Of a stretch of 64,000 nt of DNA, positions 31,934-42,848 are shown piece by piece. Numbering within the stretch: position 1 is the stretch's first letter; each line of letters opens with the position of its first letter. The DNA comes from Halorarum halobium. Lineage in GTDB: Archaea; Halobacteriota; Halobacteria; Halobacteriales; Haloferacaceae. Under the pieces are notes generated by a model. It saw only the letters and a list, made by a program, of their open reading frames with translations, was not told where the DNA came from and did no database searches. The position numbers and the translations under genes were made by a program. The DNA lies in contig NZ_CP134949.1 in the NCBI RefSeq assembly GCF_032116555.1, forward strand, positions 62,001 to 126,000, given 5' to 3'.

Positions 31934-32458
31934 CTACTCGCGGTCGGGCGACACCGTGAACCGCCGGAACGGTTCCCCGTCCGTCGTCACCAGTCGCCCG
32001 ACCAGCCCCTCCGCCGCCGGGTCGGCTTCCAGTTCGGCGTGTGCGGCGCGGTTCCCCCGCGGCTGGGCGTGGCTCCCCGGGTTCAACAGCGGGACGTCGC
32101 CGGAGTCGTCGAACTCCGGGCGGTGGCTGTGGCCGAACACGACCAGGTCCGCGTCCCGCTCGCGGCCGAACAGCGCCAGCCCGGTCGCGCCGCTCCGACT
32201 GCGGTGCCGGACGGCGACCGTGACGCCCTCGTAGGCGACGACCCGGTCGGTCGGGAGCCGGTCCCGCACGGCCGCGTCGTCGTTGTTGCCGACGACGCCC
32301 GACAGCGAGTCGTTCTCGTCGAGGAAGGCGTCGAGCACCGGTTCGCGGTAGAAGTCGCCGGCGTGGATCACGCGGTCGGCCTCGCGGACCGCCGCCAGCG
32401 TCCGTCCGCGGAGGCGATGGCCGTCCGTGCCGTGGGTGTCGGAGACGACGGTGAGCAC
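31934..32458 (-). CDS. Metallophosphoesterase (YfcE/MJ0936 family)
   Basis: SDTHG, IHAGD, VGNND, FGHSH, NPGS; GTG 32458. Confidence 0.9.
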   Translation of the reverse strand: MLTVVSDTHGTDGHRLRGRTLAAVREADRVIHAGDFYREPVLDAFLDENDSLSGVVGNNDDAAVRDRLPTDRVVAYEGVTVAVRHRSRSGATGLALFGRERDADLVVFGHSHRPEFDDSGDVPLLNPGSHAQPRGNRAAHAELEADPAAEGLVGRLVTTDGEPFRRFTVSPDRE

Positions 32459-32638
32459 GTCCGACCGTACGGGTGCCGACACCTGAACGGTTCGGTCCGG
32501 CGGCCGGTCGTGCCGCGGCGACCCGCCGTCCGGAACCCGCAGCCATCCCACAGCCAGACGACAGCGACGGCGCAGGAACGTATTTGTACCACGGATTCTG
32601 GGCCGTACAATTATACGCGCCGACGCCTAGCCGAGCGT

Positions 32639-33088
32639 ATGGCAGAGGAGTCACGCGACGGCGGGGAGACGGACGCGTCCGGACCGAGCGGTCCGCGTGA
32701 GACCATCAACCAGGGAATGCTGGACCTGGAACACGTGTGCGAGACGCTCGCTCACTCGCGCCGTCGCTACCTCATCTACTCGCTGAAGGAGGACACCGAG
32801 TGGTCGCTGCGGGAACTCGCAACCAGGGTCGCCGCGTGGGAGGACGACGTCCCCGAGGCGGCCGTGAGCGAGGCGCGCCGCGACCGGGTGTACGTCTCCC
32901 TGTATCACACGCACGTGCCGAAGTTGCGGGACGAGGGGGTCGTCGCGTGGGACCCGGGGACGGAGACGATCACGGCCGGCGAGCACGCCGAGCAGGTGCT
33001 GGCCGCGCTCGCCGGGATGGGCGCGAGCCTCGACGCCAGCCAGGAGGCCCACGCGCGCACCATCGACGGTCCGGGGGTCGAGGAATGA
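32639..33088 (+). CDS. DUF7344-type winged-helix protein
   Basis: LAHSRRRYLI, ELATRVAAWE, VYVSLYHTHVPKL.D.GVV. Confidence 0.8.
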   Translation: MAEESRDGGETDASGPSGPRETINQGMLDLEHVCETLAHSRRRYLIYSLKEDTEWSLRELATRVAAWEDDVPEAAVSEARRDRVYVSLYHTHVPKLRDEGVVAWDPGTETITAGEHAEQVLAALAGMGASLDASQEAHARTIDGPGVEE

Positions 33089-33432
33089 CGAGTCCGGCCG
33101 ACGAGTGGACCGCCGACGGGGGAGAGTCCCTGGACGAGTCGGACGGGACCTTGCGGGAACTCACGCAGGCACACTACGACCCGGCGACGAACGGGGAGCT
33201 CTCGACGGCCATCGTCTACGCCGTCGCCGAGGCCGCGGGCGTCGAGGCGACCGAACTCAGGTCGCCCCTGCTGTACGACGCGGTCGACGTGGCCGCACTG
33301 GAGAGCGCGCTTTTCGGCCCGAACACGGACGGGCACTCCCGACGGGGCGTCGAGACGGTCGAGTTCGAGTTCGACGGGTACCTCGTCCGCGTCCGCAGCG
33401 ACGGCTGGATCACGGTGCTGGAACCGGGATGA
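33085..33432 (+). CDS. HalOD1 output domain protein
   Basis: LSTAIVYAVAEA, LYDAVDVAALESALF, FEFDGYLVRVRSDG; ATGA overlap with the upstream gene. Confidence 0.8.
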   Translation: MTSPADEWTADGGESLDESDGTLRELTQAHYDPATNGELSTAIVYAVAEAAGVEATELRSPLLYDAVDVAALESALFGPNTDGHSRRGVETVEFEFDGYLVRVRSDGWITVLEPG

Positions 33433-33510
33433 GTCCGGCGCGGACCGAATCCCCCCGGCGGCCCGACCGGTCCACCCAAAGATAAGTTCGGGGCGGGCGA
33501 GTGTCCGGCA

Positions 33511-34473
33511 ATGGCCGGGAGCAAGTCCGTCGTCATCGCCGCGCTGTTCGCCAACGGCGCGATCGCAGTCACGAAGTTCGTCGGCTACCTGCTGACCGGA
33601 AGCCCGTCGATGCTCTCGGAGACGTACCACTCCGTCTCGGACACCGGGAACCAGGTGTTCCTGCTCATCGGCATCCGCTACTCGGCCCAGGAGGCGAACC
33701 GGACGCACCCGTTCGGCTACGGCAAGGCGCAGTTCTTCTACGCGTTCCTCGTCTCCGTGCTGCTGTTCGGCATCGCCGGCTGGGAGTCGCTGAACCACGG
33801 CTGGAACGCCCTCACCGGGGGCGGGCACGGTGCCGAGCAGGCCGACGTCGTCATCGCCGGCGTGAACCTCACCGAACTGCTGCCCGTGGAGGCGTTCTGG
33901 GTCAACGTCGTCGTCCTCGTCGGCGCCATCCTGTTCGAGACGTACGCGTTCTGGAAGGCGTACCAGGAGCTGAACCGCCAGACGGAGCTGTACGGCTGGT
34001 CCGGCTTCAGGGAGGCGTTCCGGAAGACGAGCGACGTGACGACGCTCACCGCGTTCACCGAGGACGCGGTGGCGCTGGGCGGGGCGATCATCGCGCTCGT
34101 CGGCATCAGCCTGACCCGATACACGGGTAACGGCGCGTACGACGCCGCGTCCGCGGTGATCATCGGCCTGTTGCTGATGGGGTTCGCGCTCGCGCTCGCC
34201 TGGGAAAACAAGCGCCTGCTGGTCGGCGAGTCGCTCCCCGAGGACGTCGAAGCCGAACTCCGGGCGGCGGTCTCGGGGAACGGTCGCGTGACCGACCTCC
34301 GGGAGCTCCGGACGATGTTCATCGGGGCGAACGAGGCGCTCGTGACCGTGACCGTCGGCTTCGACGACGACATGGTCACCGACGAGGTCGAGGCGGAGAT
34401 CGAGCGGATCGAGCGGGCGCTGCGGGAGCGGGACGAGCGGGTGAAGCTGGTCTACGTCGAACCGGAGCGGTAA
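33511..34473 (+). CDS. Cation diffusion facilitator transporter
   Basis: SETYHSVSDTGNQ, HPFGYGK, FTEDAVAL. Confidence 0.9.
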   Translation: MAGSKSVVIAALFANGAIAVTKFVGYLLTGSPSMLSETYHSVSDTGNQVFLLIGIRYSAQEANRTHPFGYGKAQFFYAFLVSVLLFGIAGWESLNHGWNALTGGGHGAEQADVVIAGVNLTELLPVEAFWVNVVVLVGAILFETYAFWKAYQELNRQTELYGWSGFREAFRKTSDVTTLTAFTEDAVALGGAIIALVGISLTRYTGNGAYDAASAVIIGLLLMGFALALAWENKRLLVGESLPEDVEAELRAAVSGNGRVTDLRELRTMFIGANEALVTVTVGFDDDMVTDEVEAEIERIERALRERDERVKLVYVEPER

Positions 34474-34543
34474 CTCGGCGCCCGAGGGCGCGTGCGAACT
34501 CCCGACACGCCCGACTTTTCCCGTCCCGGCCTGATGGGCCCCC

Positions 34544-35128
34544 ATGGGAATCGGGGAGACGGCGCGGGCGGCCTACCGGGACGCGCTGCCCGCGCTGTCG
34601 GGCAGCCTCGTCGGCGGGCTGCTCGCGGGCGTCGTCCTCGGCGGGATGCGCGCGGAGTTCCGCGCCGTTCCGGGCCTCCTCGTCCTCGTCCCCGCGCTGC
34701 TCGCGACCCGCGGGAACGTCTACGGCAGCTTCGGCGCGCGGCTCTCGACCGGGCTCCACCAGGGGCTCGTCGAACCGCGCGTTTCCCCCGGCGACGAGCG
34801 GCTGCGCGGGGCCGTCGCCGCCGCGCTCTCGAACGGCGTCGGCGTGGCCGCCTTCGCCGCGGTGGCGGCGTTCCTCGCGCTCCGACTGCTCGGCGAGCCG
34901 GTCGCGCCGCTCGGGACGCTCGTGCTGATCGCGGTGCTCGCGGGGCTGCTCTCGGGCGCCGCGCTCGCCGCCGTCGTCATCGTCGTCGTCTTCGCGGGCT
35001 ACCGGCGCGGGCTCGACCCCGACACGCTCGTCGGGCCGCTGGTGACGACGACCGGCGACGTGTTCGGCACGCTGTTCCTCCTCGTCGCGGTGCGGGCGAC
35101 GCTGGCGCTCGTGGGGGGTGGCGGATGA
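34544..35128 (+). CDS. MgtE-like divalent cation transporter (membrane domain)
   Basis: PALLATRGNVYG, GLDPDTLVGPLVTTTGDV. Confidence 0.85.
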   Translation: MGIGETARAAYRDALPALSGSLVGGLLAGVVLGGMRAEFRAVPGLLVLVPALLATRGNVYGSFGARLSTGLHQGLVEPRVSPGDERLRGAVAAALSNGVGVAAFAAVAAFLALRLLGEPVAPLGTLVLIAVLAGLLSGAALAAVVIVVVFAGYRRGLDPDTLVGPLVTTTGDVFGTLFLLVAVRATLALVGGGG

Positions 35129-35171
35129 CCGCGGCCCGGCGGTGCCGACCGGACGCCAGCGGAGGTGACCG

Positions 35172-35732
35172 ATGACCGAGGAGTGGACCGTCCGGCGCAT
35201 CTCGCGGGCGATGGTGCCGCTGCTGCTCGTGCTCACGGTCGTGGAACTCGGCTCCGGGCTGGTGCTGAGCGCGTTCGAGGAGCGCCTGCTGTCGGCCCCG
35301 TCGCTGCTCGTCCTCCTCCCGGTGACCATCGGCACCGCCGGGAACCTCGGGTCGGTGCTCGCCTCCCGGCTCTCGACGGCGTTCCACCTCGGCACGCTGT
35401 CGTTCTCGCCGACCGACGACGACCTGGCCGGCAACGCGCTTGCGACGGTCGCGCTCGCGCTGACGCTGTTCCCGGCCGTGGGGCTCGGCGCGTGGGCGCT
35501 GGCCGGGCTCACCGGCTCGACCGCGCTCCCGCCCGGGACCGTCCTCCTGATCGCGGTGAGTTCGGGCGTCACGCTCGCCGTGCTGGCGGTGGCGGTGACG
35601 CTGACGGCGACGTACGCGGCCTACCGGCTCTCGCTCGACCCGGACGACGTGGTCATCCCCGTCGTGACGAACGTCTGTGACGTGCTCGGCGTGCTGGTGC
35701 TGTTCGCGGCCGTGCTGGCGTTCGCGCCGTAG
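35172..35732 (+). CDS. MgtE-like divalent cation transporter (membrane domain), second paralog
   Basis: IGTAGNLGSVLASRLST, LDPDDVVIPVVTNVCDV. Confidence 0.85.
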   Translation: MTEEWTVRRISRAMVPLLLVLTVVELGSGLVLSAFEERLLSAPSLLVLLPVTIGTAGNLGSVLASRLSTAFHLGTLSFSPTDDDLAGNALATVALALTLFPAVGLGAWALAGLTGSTALPPGTVLLIAVSSGVTLAVLAVAVTLTATYAAYRLSLDPDDVVIPVVTNVCDVLGVLVLFAAVLAFAP

Positions 35733-35893
35733 GACCGTCGTCGGTCCCGCGGCGACGCGACGAAACTACACGCCGCCGCCGGAACCGCACGCATCGCCGG
35801 ACCTGCACGTGCCACCGACGGCGACTGCCGGGGACCTGAATCGTTCACACGCGACCGCAGCCCCTAAACCCGGACCGCCCCCCACACCAGACG

Positions 35894-36925
35894 ATGGACG
35901 GCACGCTCCGCGACGACGTCGTGGTCGTCTCCGGCGACGCCCGCCAGCGGTTCCACGACGCGCGCGGCTACGGCCGGGCGCGCGGCCCCGACGTGACGCT
36001 GGCCCGGATCGAAGCGGCACACCTGCTGTACCGCGGCGACCTCGAGACGGTCGACGGGATGGCGTTCCGCGAGTTCTTCACCCGCTCGGTCGAGCGCGGG
36101 GAGCGGTTCGCCGCCCGGTTTCTCACCTACGCCGACCTGCGCGAGCGCGGCTTCTACGTCGCGCCCGACCGCGACCGCTGGCCCGGCGAGAGCGCCGACC
36201 CGCTCCCGGACCTCACCGTGTTCGAACGGGGCGAGAAACCCGGCGGCGACGTGGCCTACCGGGTTCGCGTGGTCGGCGAGCGTGAGGAGCTTCCGGCCCG
36301 CGACCTCGCCGGCCTGACCCTCGCGGTCGTCGACGAGGAGAGCGAGGTGACGTACTTCGCGTGCGAGGCCGGCGGCGGCTTCGACGGCGACACCGAGTAC
36401 GACCTCCCCGATTCGCTCGACTCGGACCTGCTGGAGGACCGCGTCGTCTGCTGGGACCCGCCGGGGTCGCTGTACGGGTCGGCGTTCTACGGCCAGCCCG
36501 TCGCCGGCCGGGACGCCGCCGTCGTGGCGGGGCTCCAGCTCTCCTTGCTCGAAGCCGCCGACCTCGCTGAACGCGGGACCCTCTCGCTCGACGCGGACGC
36601 CGTGATCGAGCGCGGCCGGAAGGTCGAGGGCGACCGGTTCGACCGCCGGCTGACCGTCTACCGGCGCCTGCGCGACCGGGGCGTCGTCCCCAAGACGGGC
36701 TACAAGTTCGGCGCGGACTTCCGCACGTACGACGCCGTCGAGTCGGTCGAGGCGCTCCCGCACTCGGAGGCGCTGGTCCGTGTCGTCGCGCCCGACCACC
36801 GGTTCCACCCGCGGGACCTCGCGCTCGACGTGCGACTGGCCGGCGGCGTGCGGAAGCGAATGGTTTTTGCGCTGGCCGGCGACGACTCGGTCGCGTACCT
36901 GACGGTCGCACGACTCACCCCATGA
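35894..36925 (+). CDS. endA: tRNA-intron endonuclease (two-domain alpha2 type)
   Basis: Duplicated domain; KTGYKFGADFRTY, HSE, RLAGGVRK catalytic Y/H/K. Confidence 0.93.
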   Translation: MDGTLRDDVVVVSGDARQRFHDARGYGRARGPDVTLARIEAAHLLYRGDLETVDGMAFREFFTRSVERGERFAARFLTYADLRERGFYVAPDRDRWPGESADPLPDLTVFERGEKPGGDVAYRVRVVGEREELPARDLAGLTLAVVDEESEVTYFACEAGGGFDGDTEYDLPDSLDSDLLEDRVVCWDPPGSLYGSAFYGQPVAGRDAAVVAGLQLSLLEAADLAERGTLSLDADAVIERGRKVEGDRFDRRLTVYRRLRDRGVVPKTGYKFGADFRTYDAVESVEALPHSEALVRVVAPDHRFHPRDLALDVRLAGGVRKRMVFALAGDDSVAYLTVARLTP

Positions 36926-38538
36926 CGAGCGACGATTCCGCCCCCGACGGGGGCACGACCGGCGAGGAACAGGGCGGCGCGAGTGACGACGGCGGCGTCG
37001 CGCTCGACCCCTGGGGCTCGGCGACCGTCGGCGACTACCGGAACCTGTTCGAGGAGTTCGGCATCGAGGAGTTCGACGAGATCATCGACCGCGTGCCCGA
37101 CCCCCACTACCTCATGCGCCGGGGGGTCATCTTCGGCCACCGGGGGTACGACGCCGTCGCCGACGCGATGCGAAAGGGCGACGAGGTCGCTGCCCTCTCG
37201 GGGTTCATGCCGACCGGCGACCCGCACATCGGGCACAAGCTGGTGTTCGACGAACTGATCTACCACCAGGAGCACGGCGCGGACACCTACGGGCTCATCG
37301 CGGACCTGGAGGCCCACTCGGCCCGCGGGATGACCTGGGCGGAGATCGACGAGCACGCGCGGGACTACCTGCTCTCGCTCATCGCGCTCGGCTTCGACGC
37401 CGAGGCGGGGACGCTGTACCGCCAGTCCACCAACCGGGAGCTCCAGGACCTCGCGTTCGAACTCGGCGCGAAGGCCAGGTTCGCGGAGTTCGAGGGCATC
37501 TACGGCTTCGACGGCGGCACCTCCGTCTCGCACATGCAGTCGGTCGTCACCCAGATGGCCGACATCCTCTACCCGCAACTGGTGGACGGGCCGAAGCCGA
37601 CCGTGATCCCGGTCGGCCCGGACCAGGACCCGCACGTCCGCTTCTCGCGGGACATCGCCGCGCGGATGCGCTACTTCAGGGTGACCGAGGCGTTCGCCAG
37701 CTTCGAGCTGACCGACGCCCAGCGCCGCGTCGTGGCGGTCGCGTACGACGACCGCGAGGCGTACGCCGCGGACCCGGAGACGCCCAGATGTGAGGAGGCC
37801 GCCGAGTACCTCCGGAACGCTCGCGGCGACGACGCGTCGGACGTCGGCGCGGCCGACGAGGTCGTGGACGCGACGATCGGGAAGCTGGCGAACGGCGGGA
37901 AGGAGCCGCTCCGCCCCCGGCTCCGCTTCCTCGACCGCAACGCGACCGACGGGGCGTTCGAGGCGCTGATCGACGCGGTCCCGGGCGAGAAGCGCGTCTT
38001 CGAGGCCCACGTCGACGCGTTCGAGATGGACCGCGCGGCCGCCGAGGAGCTCGCCCGCGAGGTCGAACTCGACCACGACGGCTACGGGTTCGTCGCGCCC
38101 TCGTCCATCTATCACCGGTTCATGACCGGCCTGACGGGCGGGAAGATGTCCTCCTCGGATCCCGCGTCCCACATCTCGCTGCTCGACGACCCCGAGGACG
38201 GTTACGACAAGGTGAAGGCCGCGACCACCGGCGGCCGCGAGACGGCCGAGAAGCAGCGCGAACTCGGCGGAAGGGCGGACGAGTGCCCCGTCTACGAGCT
38301 GTACGCCTACCTGCTGGCCGGCGACGACGACGAGTTCGCCGAGGCGGTGTACGAGGAATGCGTCGGCGGCGAGCGCCTCTGTGGCGACTGCAAGGAGCAG
38401 GCCGCCGGGCTGATGCGCGAGTTCCTCGCGGAGCACCAGGAGAAACGCGAAGAGGCCGAGGAACTGCTCGCGGACTTGGACGTCGACCTCGACGTCGACG
38501 CGAGCAGGCGCGGCGTCGCGCCGAGCGCCGAGGAGTAG
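36922..38538 (+). CDS. trpS: Tryptophan--tRNA ligase
   Basis: GFMPTGDPHIGH, QMADIL, PVGPDQDPH, KMSSS. Confidence 0.95.
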   Translation: MTSDDSAPDGGTTGEEQGGASDDGGVALDPWGSATVGDYRNLFEEFGIEEFDEIIDRVPDPHYLMRRGVIFGHRGYDAVADAMRKGDEVAALSGFMPTGDPHIGHKLVFDELIYHQEHGADTYGLIADLEAHSARGMTWAEIDEHARDYLLSLIALGFDAEAGTLYRQSTNRELQDLAFELGAKARFAEFEGIYGFDGGTSVSHMQSVVTQMADILYPQLVDGPKPTVIPVGPDQDPHVRFSRDIAARMRYFRVTEAFASFELTDAQRRVVAVAYDDREAYAADPETPRCEEAAEYLRNARGDDASDVGAADEVVDATIGKLANGGKEPLRPRLRFLDRNATDGAFEALIDAVPGEKRVFEAHVDAFEMDRAAAEELAREVELDHDGYGFVAPSSIYHRFMTGLTGGKMSSSDPASHISLLDDPEDGYDKVKAATTGGRETAEKQRELGGRADECPVYELYAYLLAGDDDEFAEAVYEECVGGERLCGDCKEQAAGLMREFLAEHQEKREEAEELLADLDVDLDVDASRRGVAPSAEE

Positions 38539-38636
38539 TCGGGACGGACGACTCCGGCACGAAATGTGAACCCGCTAACGTGTGGGACGGACCGACAACA
38601 CTTTATTGTTGGTCTTTGAGTGGCGAATGATTCGGG

Positions 38637-40040
38637 ATGCTCGACGTCTCATCGGAGGACATCACCGAGGGCTCGCTGGGGAAAGCCCTCGCGTACCTCT
38701 CGATACCGATCGTCGCCCAGCAGCTCGCGCTCGTCGCACAGCAGGTGATCGACGTGTTCTGGATCGGCCGGCTGAGCGGCGACGCCGTCGCGGCGGTCGG
38801 GCTCGTGATGCCGGTTCTTGGCATCTTCGCGGCCGGCACCATGGCCGTCTTTCTGGGGAGCCAGATCGTCGTCTCCCAGCGGATCGGCTCGGGCGACGTC
38901 CCCGGGTCGCGCCGCGCCGCCTTCCACGGGCTCGTCGGCGCGGGCGCGGTGGGGGTGACGCTCGCGGCCGTCACGAATGCCGTCGCGCTCGACATCACAC
39001 GGCTGTTCGACCCCGGCGAGACCGTCGCCTCGCTCGCCGCGATCTATCTGGGGACGATGGTCTTTTCCTACACGATCAGCGGGATGAGCGACGCGATGGA
39101 GGCCGCGTTCGTCGGGTCGGGCGACTCGCGGACGCCGCTCGTCGTGAACCTCGTCGCCGTCGTCGTCAACGTCGTGCTCGACCCGTTCCTGATGTTCGGC
39201 TGGTGGCGCTTCGACGCCTACGGCATCGCCGGCGCGGCCTACGCGACGCTCGTCGCCTACGCGGTCGGACTCGCCATCGCGCTCGCGGTCGCCGTCTCCG
39301 GGCGCGGCGGGTTCACGCTGACGCGCGATGCGGTCGGCATCGAGGCGACCGAGTTCCGTGAACTCGTCGACGTCGGCGGCCCGAAGGCCGCCCAGGAGAG
39401 CGCGCGGCAGGTCGCCAGGCTCGTCATGGTTGCCGTCATCTCGACCACCGGCGGCGGCGCGGCGCTGGCGGCCTACACCGTCGGCGCGCGGATCTCGACG
39501 GTCGCGTTCGTCCCGGCGGCCGCGGTCGGCTCCGCCGGGACGACGCTCGTCGGCCAGAACCTGGGAGCCGACCGGCCCGAACGAGCGACCCGGGCGACCT
39601 GGCTCGGCGTCGGCGTCGGCGCGATCGGCGTCGGCGTGCTGGGGATCGTTCAGTGGTTCGTCCCGGGCTTGCTCGCCGAGGTGTTCGTGCCCGGAATCTC
39701 GGGCGAGACGCTGGCGTACACGGTTGCGTACCTCCAGATCCTCGCGCTCGGCTACTGGGCGCTCGGGGCGATCTACACCGTCGAGGCCGGCTTCAACGGC
39801 GCCGGTAAGACGAAAATCTCGATGTACTCCACGATGCTCCAGTACTGGGCGGTCCGCGTCCCGGTGGCCGCTGTCCTCGCGTTCGCGCTGAGCTTCGGCG
39901 CGCTGGGGGCGTTCTGGGCGGTCACGCTCTCGAACGCCGTCGCCGCGGTCGGCCTCTGTGCGTACTTCCGCTACACGACGGACGGCGGGATGCTCGACCG
40001 CGCTGCGGCGGCCGCGACCGGCTCGGACGCGGCGAACTGA
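38637..40040 (+). CDS. MATE family efflux transporter
   Basis: DVFWIGRL, GSGDSRTP, NVVLDPFLMFG, GIAGAAYAT, VGQNLGA. Confidence 0.9.
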   Translation: MLDVSSEDITEGSLGKALAYLSIPIVAQQLALVAQQVIDVFWIGRLSGDAVAAVGLVMPVLGIFAAGTMAVFLGSQIVVSQRIGSGDVPGSRRAAFHGLVGAGAVGVTLAAVTNAVALDITRLFDPGETVASLAAIYLGTMVFSYTISGMSDAMEAAFVGSGDSRTPLVVNLVAVVVNVVLDPFLMFGWWRFDAYGIAGAAYATLVAYAVGLAIALAVAVSGRGGFTLTRDAVGIEATEFRELVDVGGPKAAQESARQVARLVMVAVISTTGGGAALAAYTVGARISTVAFVPAAAVGSAGTTLVGQNLGADRPERATRATWLGVGVGAIGVGVLGIVQWFVPGLLAEVFVPGISGETLAYTVAYLQILALGYWALGAIYTVEAGFNGAGKTKISMYSTMLQYWAVRVPVAAVLAFALSFGALGAFWAVTLSNAVAAVGLCAYFRYTTDGGMLDRAAAAATGSDAAN

Positions 40041-40103
40041 GCGGTAGGGAAGGGGTGAACGGACCGCCTGCTCGGCAACCGATCGGGCGGCCCGATGGCC
40101 ATT

Positions 40104-42173
<2,070 letters not shown>

Positions 42174-42443
42174 TGACGGGGGCAGGGGCCCGAGTCACTT
42201 GACGGACGCGGTTGGGGTGGCTGACAGGCGGCACGGGTGGCCGGGTCATCGGCTCGAAGCCGAGGCCGACCCGGGGTCCGCTCGGACCCGCTGGCGGGGC
42301 GGTGTGCCGCGCGACCGCGTTTCGCCCCGCGACATCGGTCACGTCACGGGGCGTCTGGTGCCGGTATCACTGATAAAATTTCGCCGATGCAACTGACTAG
42401 CCACCTGGCGCGCGACCGCTCGTGCGAGGCTCACGCGAGCGGA

Positions 42444-42561
42444 GTCGTTCGAAAATCGAAGAGTTTCGTGATGCTGTCGGATTTCGACGGAATCCGACCG
42501 CTGACGGGAAACCGTCGGTTTCCCGTACTGACGAAAGACGCCCTGGCGTCTTTCGAACCAC
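42444..42561. repeat. 118-bp cassette of four tandem hairpins bounded by imperfect terminal inverted repeats
   Basis: Ends gtcgttcgaaa / tttcgaaccac; stems cgaaaatc-gaa-gagtttcg, gtcggatt..aatccgac, acgggaaacc-gtc-ggtttcccgt, cgaaagacgcc..ggcgtctttcg. Confidence 0.8.
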
Positions 42562-42681
42562 GAGGGTGAGTTCCGAGGAGCTCGCTCCGAGGTAAGACGA
42601 GCACCGGAGGACTGAGCGAAGCGAAGGAGCGAAGAGCACAGGAGGCTGGGGAGGGTGAGGCGCGGTGCGGTGGGTGGGACT
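42561..42681 (+). repeat. Intergenic element homologous to 49663-49745
   Basis: Shared CGAGGG, GAGCACC, GAGCGARGAGCRCA, GGCTGGGGAGGGTG, GTGCGG blocks in the same order. Confidence 0.75.
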
Positions 42682-42848
42682 GAAAGGGGCCGCGGCGTTC
42701 ACGGGCGCTTGCGCCCGTGAATTCGGGAGAGCGTGCTCTCCCGTAAGTCGGCGCAGGCGCGGACCGACAAGCACCGCGGGCGAGCGAGCGAAGCGAGTGA
42801 GACGAGGAGCACAGCGGCCGCACCGAGCCGAGCGCCGCGGGGCCTTTC
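42682..42848 (+). repeat. Intergenic palindromic element, copy 2, with a ~50-bp two-hairpin insert
   Basis: gaaaggggccgcggcg...ccgagcgccgcggggcctttc; insert ttcacgggcgc-tt-gcgcccgtgaa plus cgggagagc-gt-gctctcccg. Confidence 0.8.

Noticed and set aside
40064..40090. Hairpin between convergent MATE and uvrB as a terminator
   Set aside because: Imperfect GC stem with no T-tract; likely by chance at this GC content.
42444..42561. Possible mini-CRISPR array
   Set aside because: The hairpins differ in sequence, there are no identical direct repeats with 30-40 nt spacers, and no cas genes are present.
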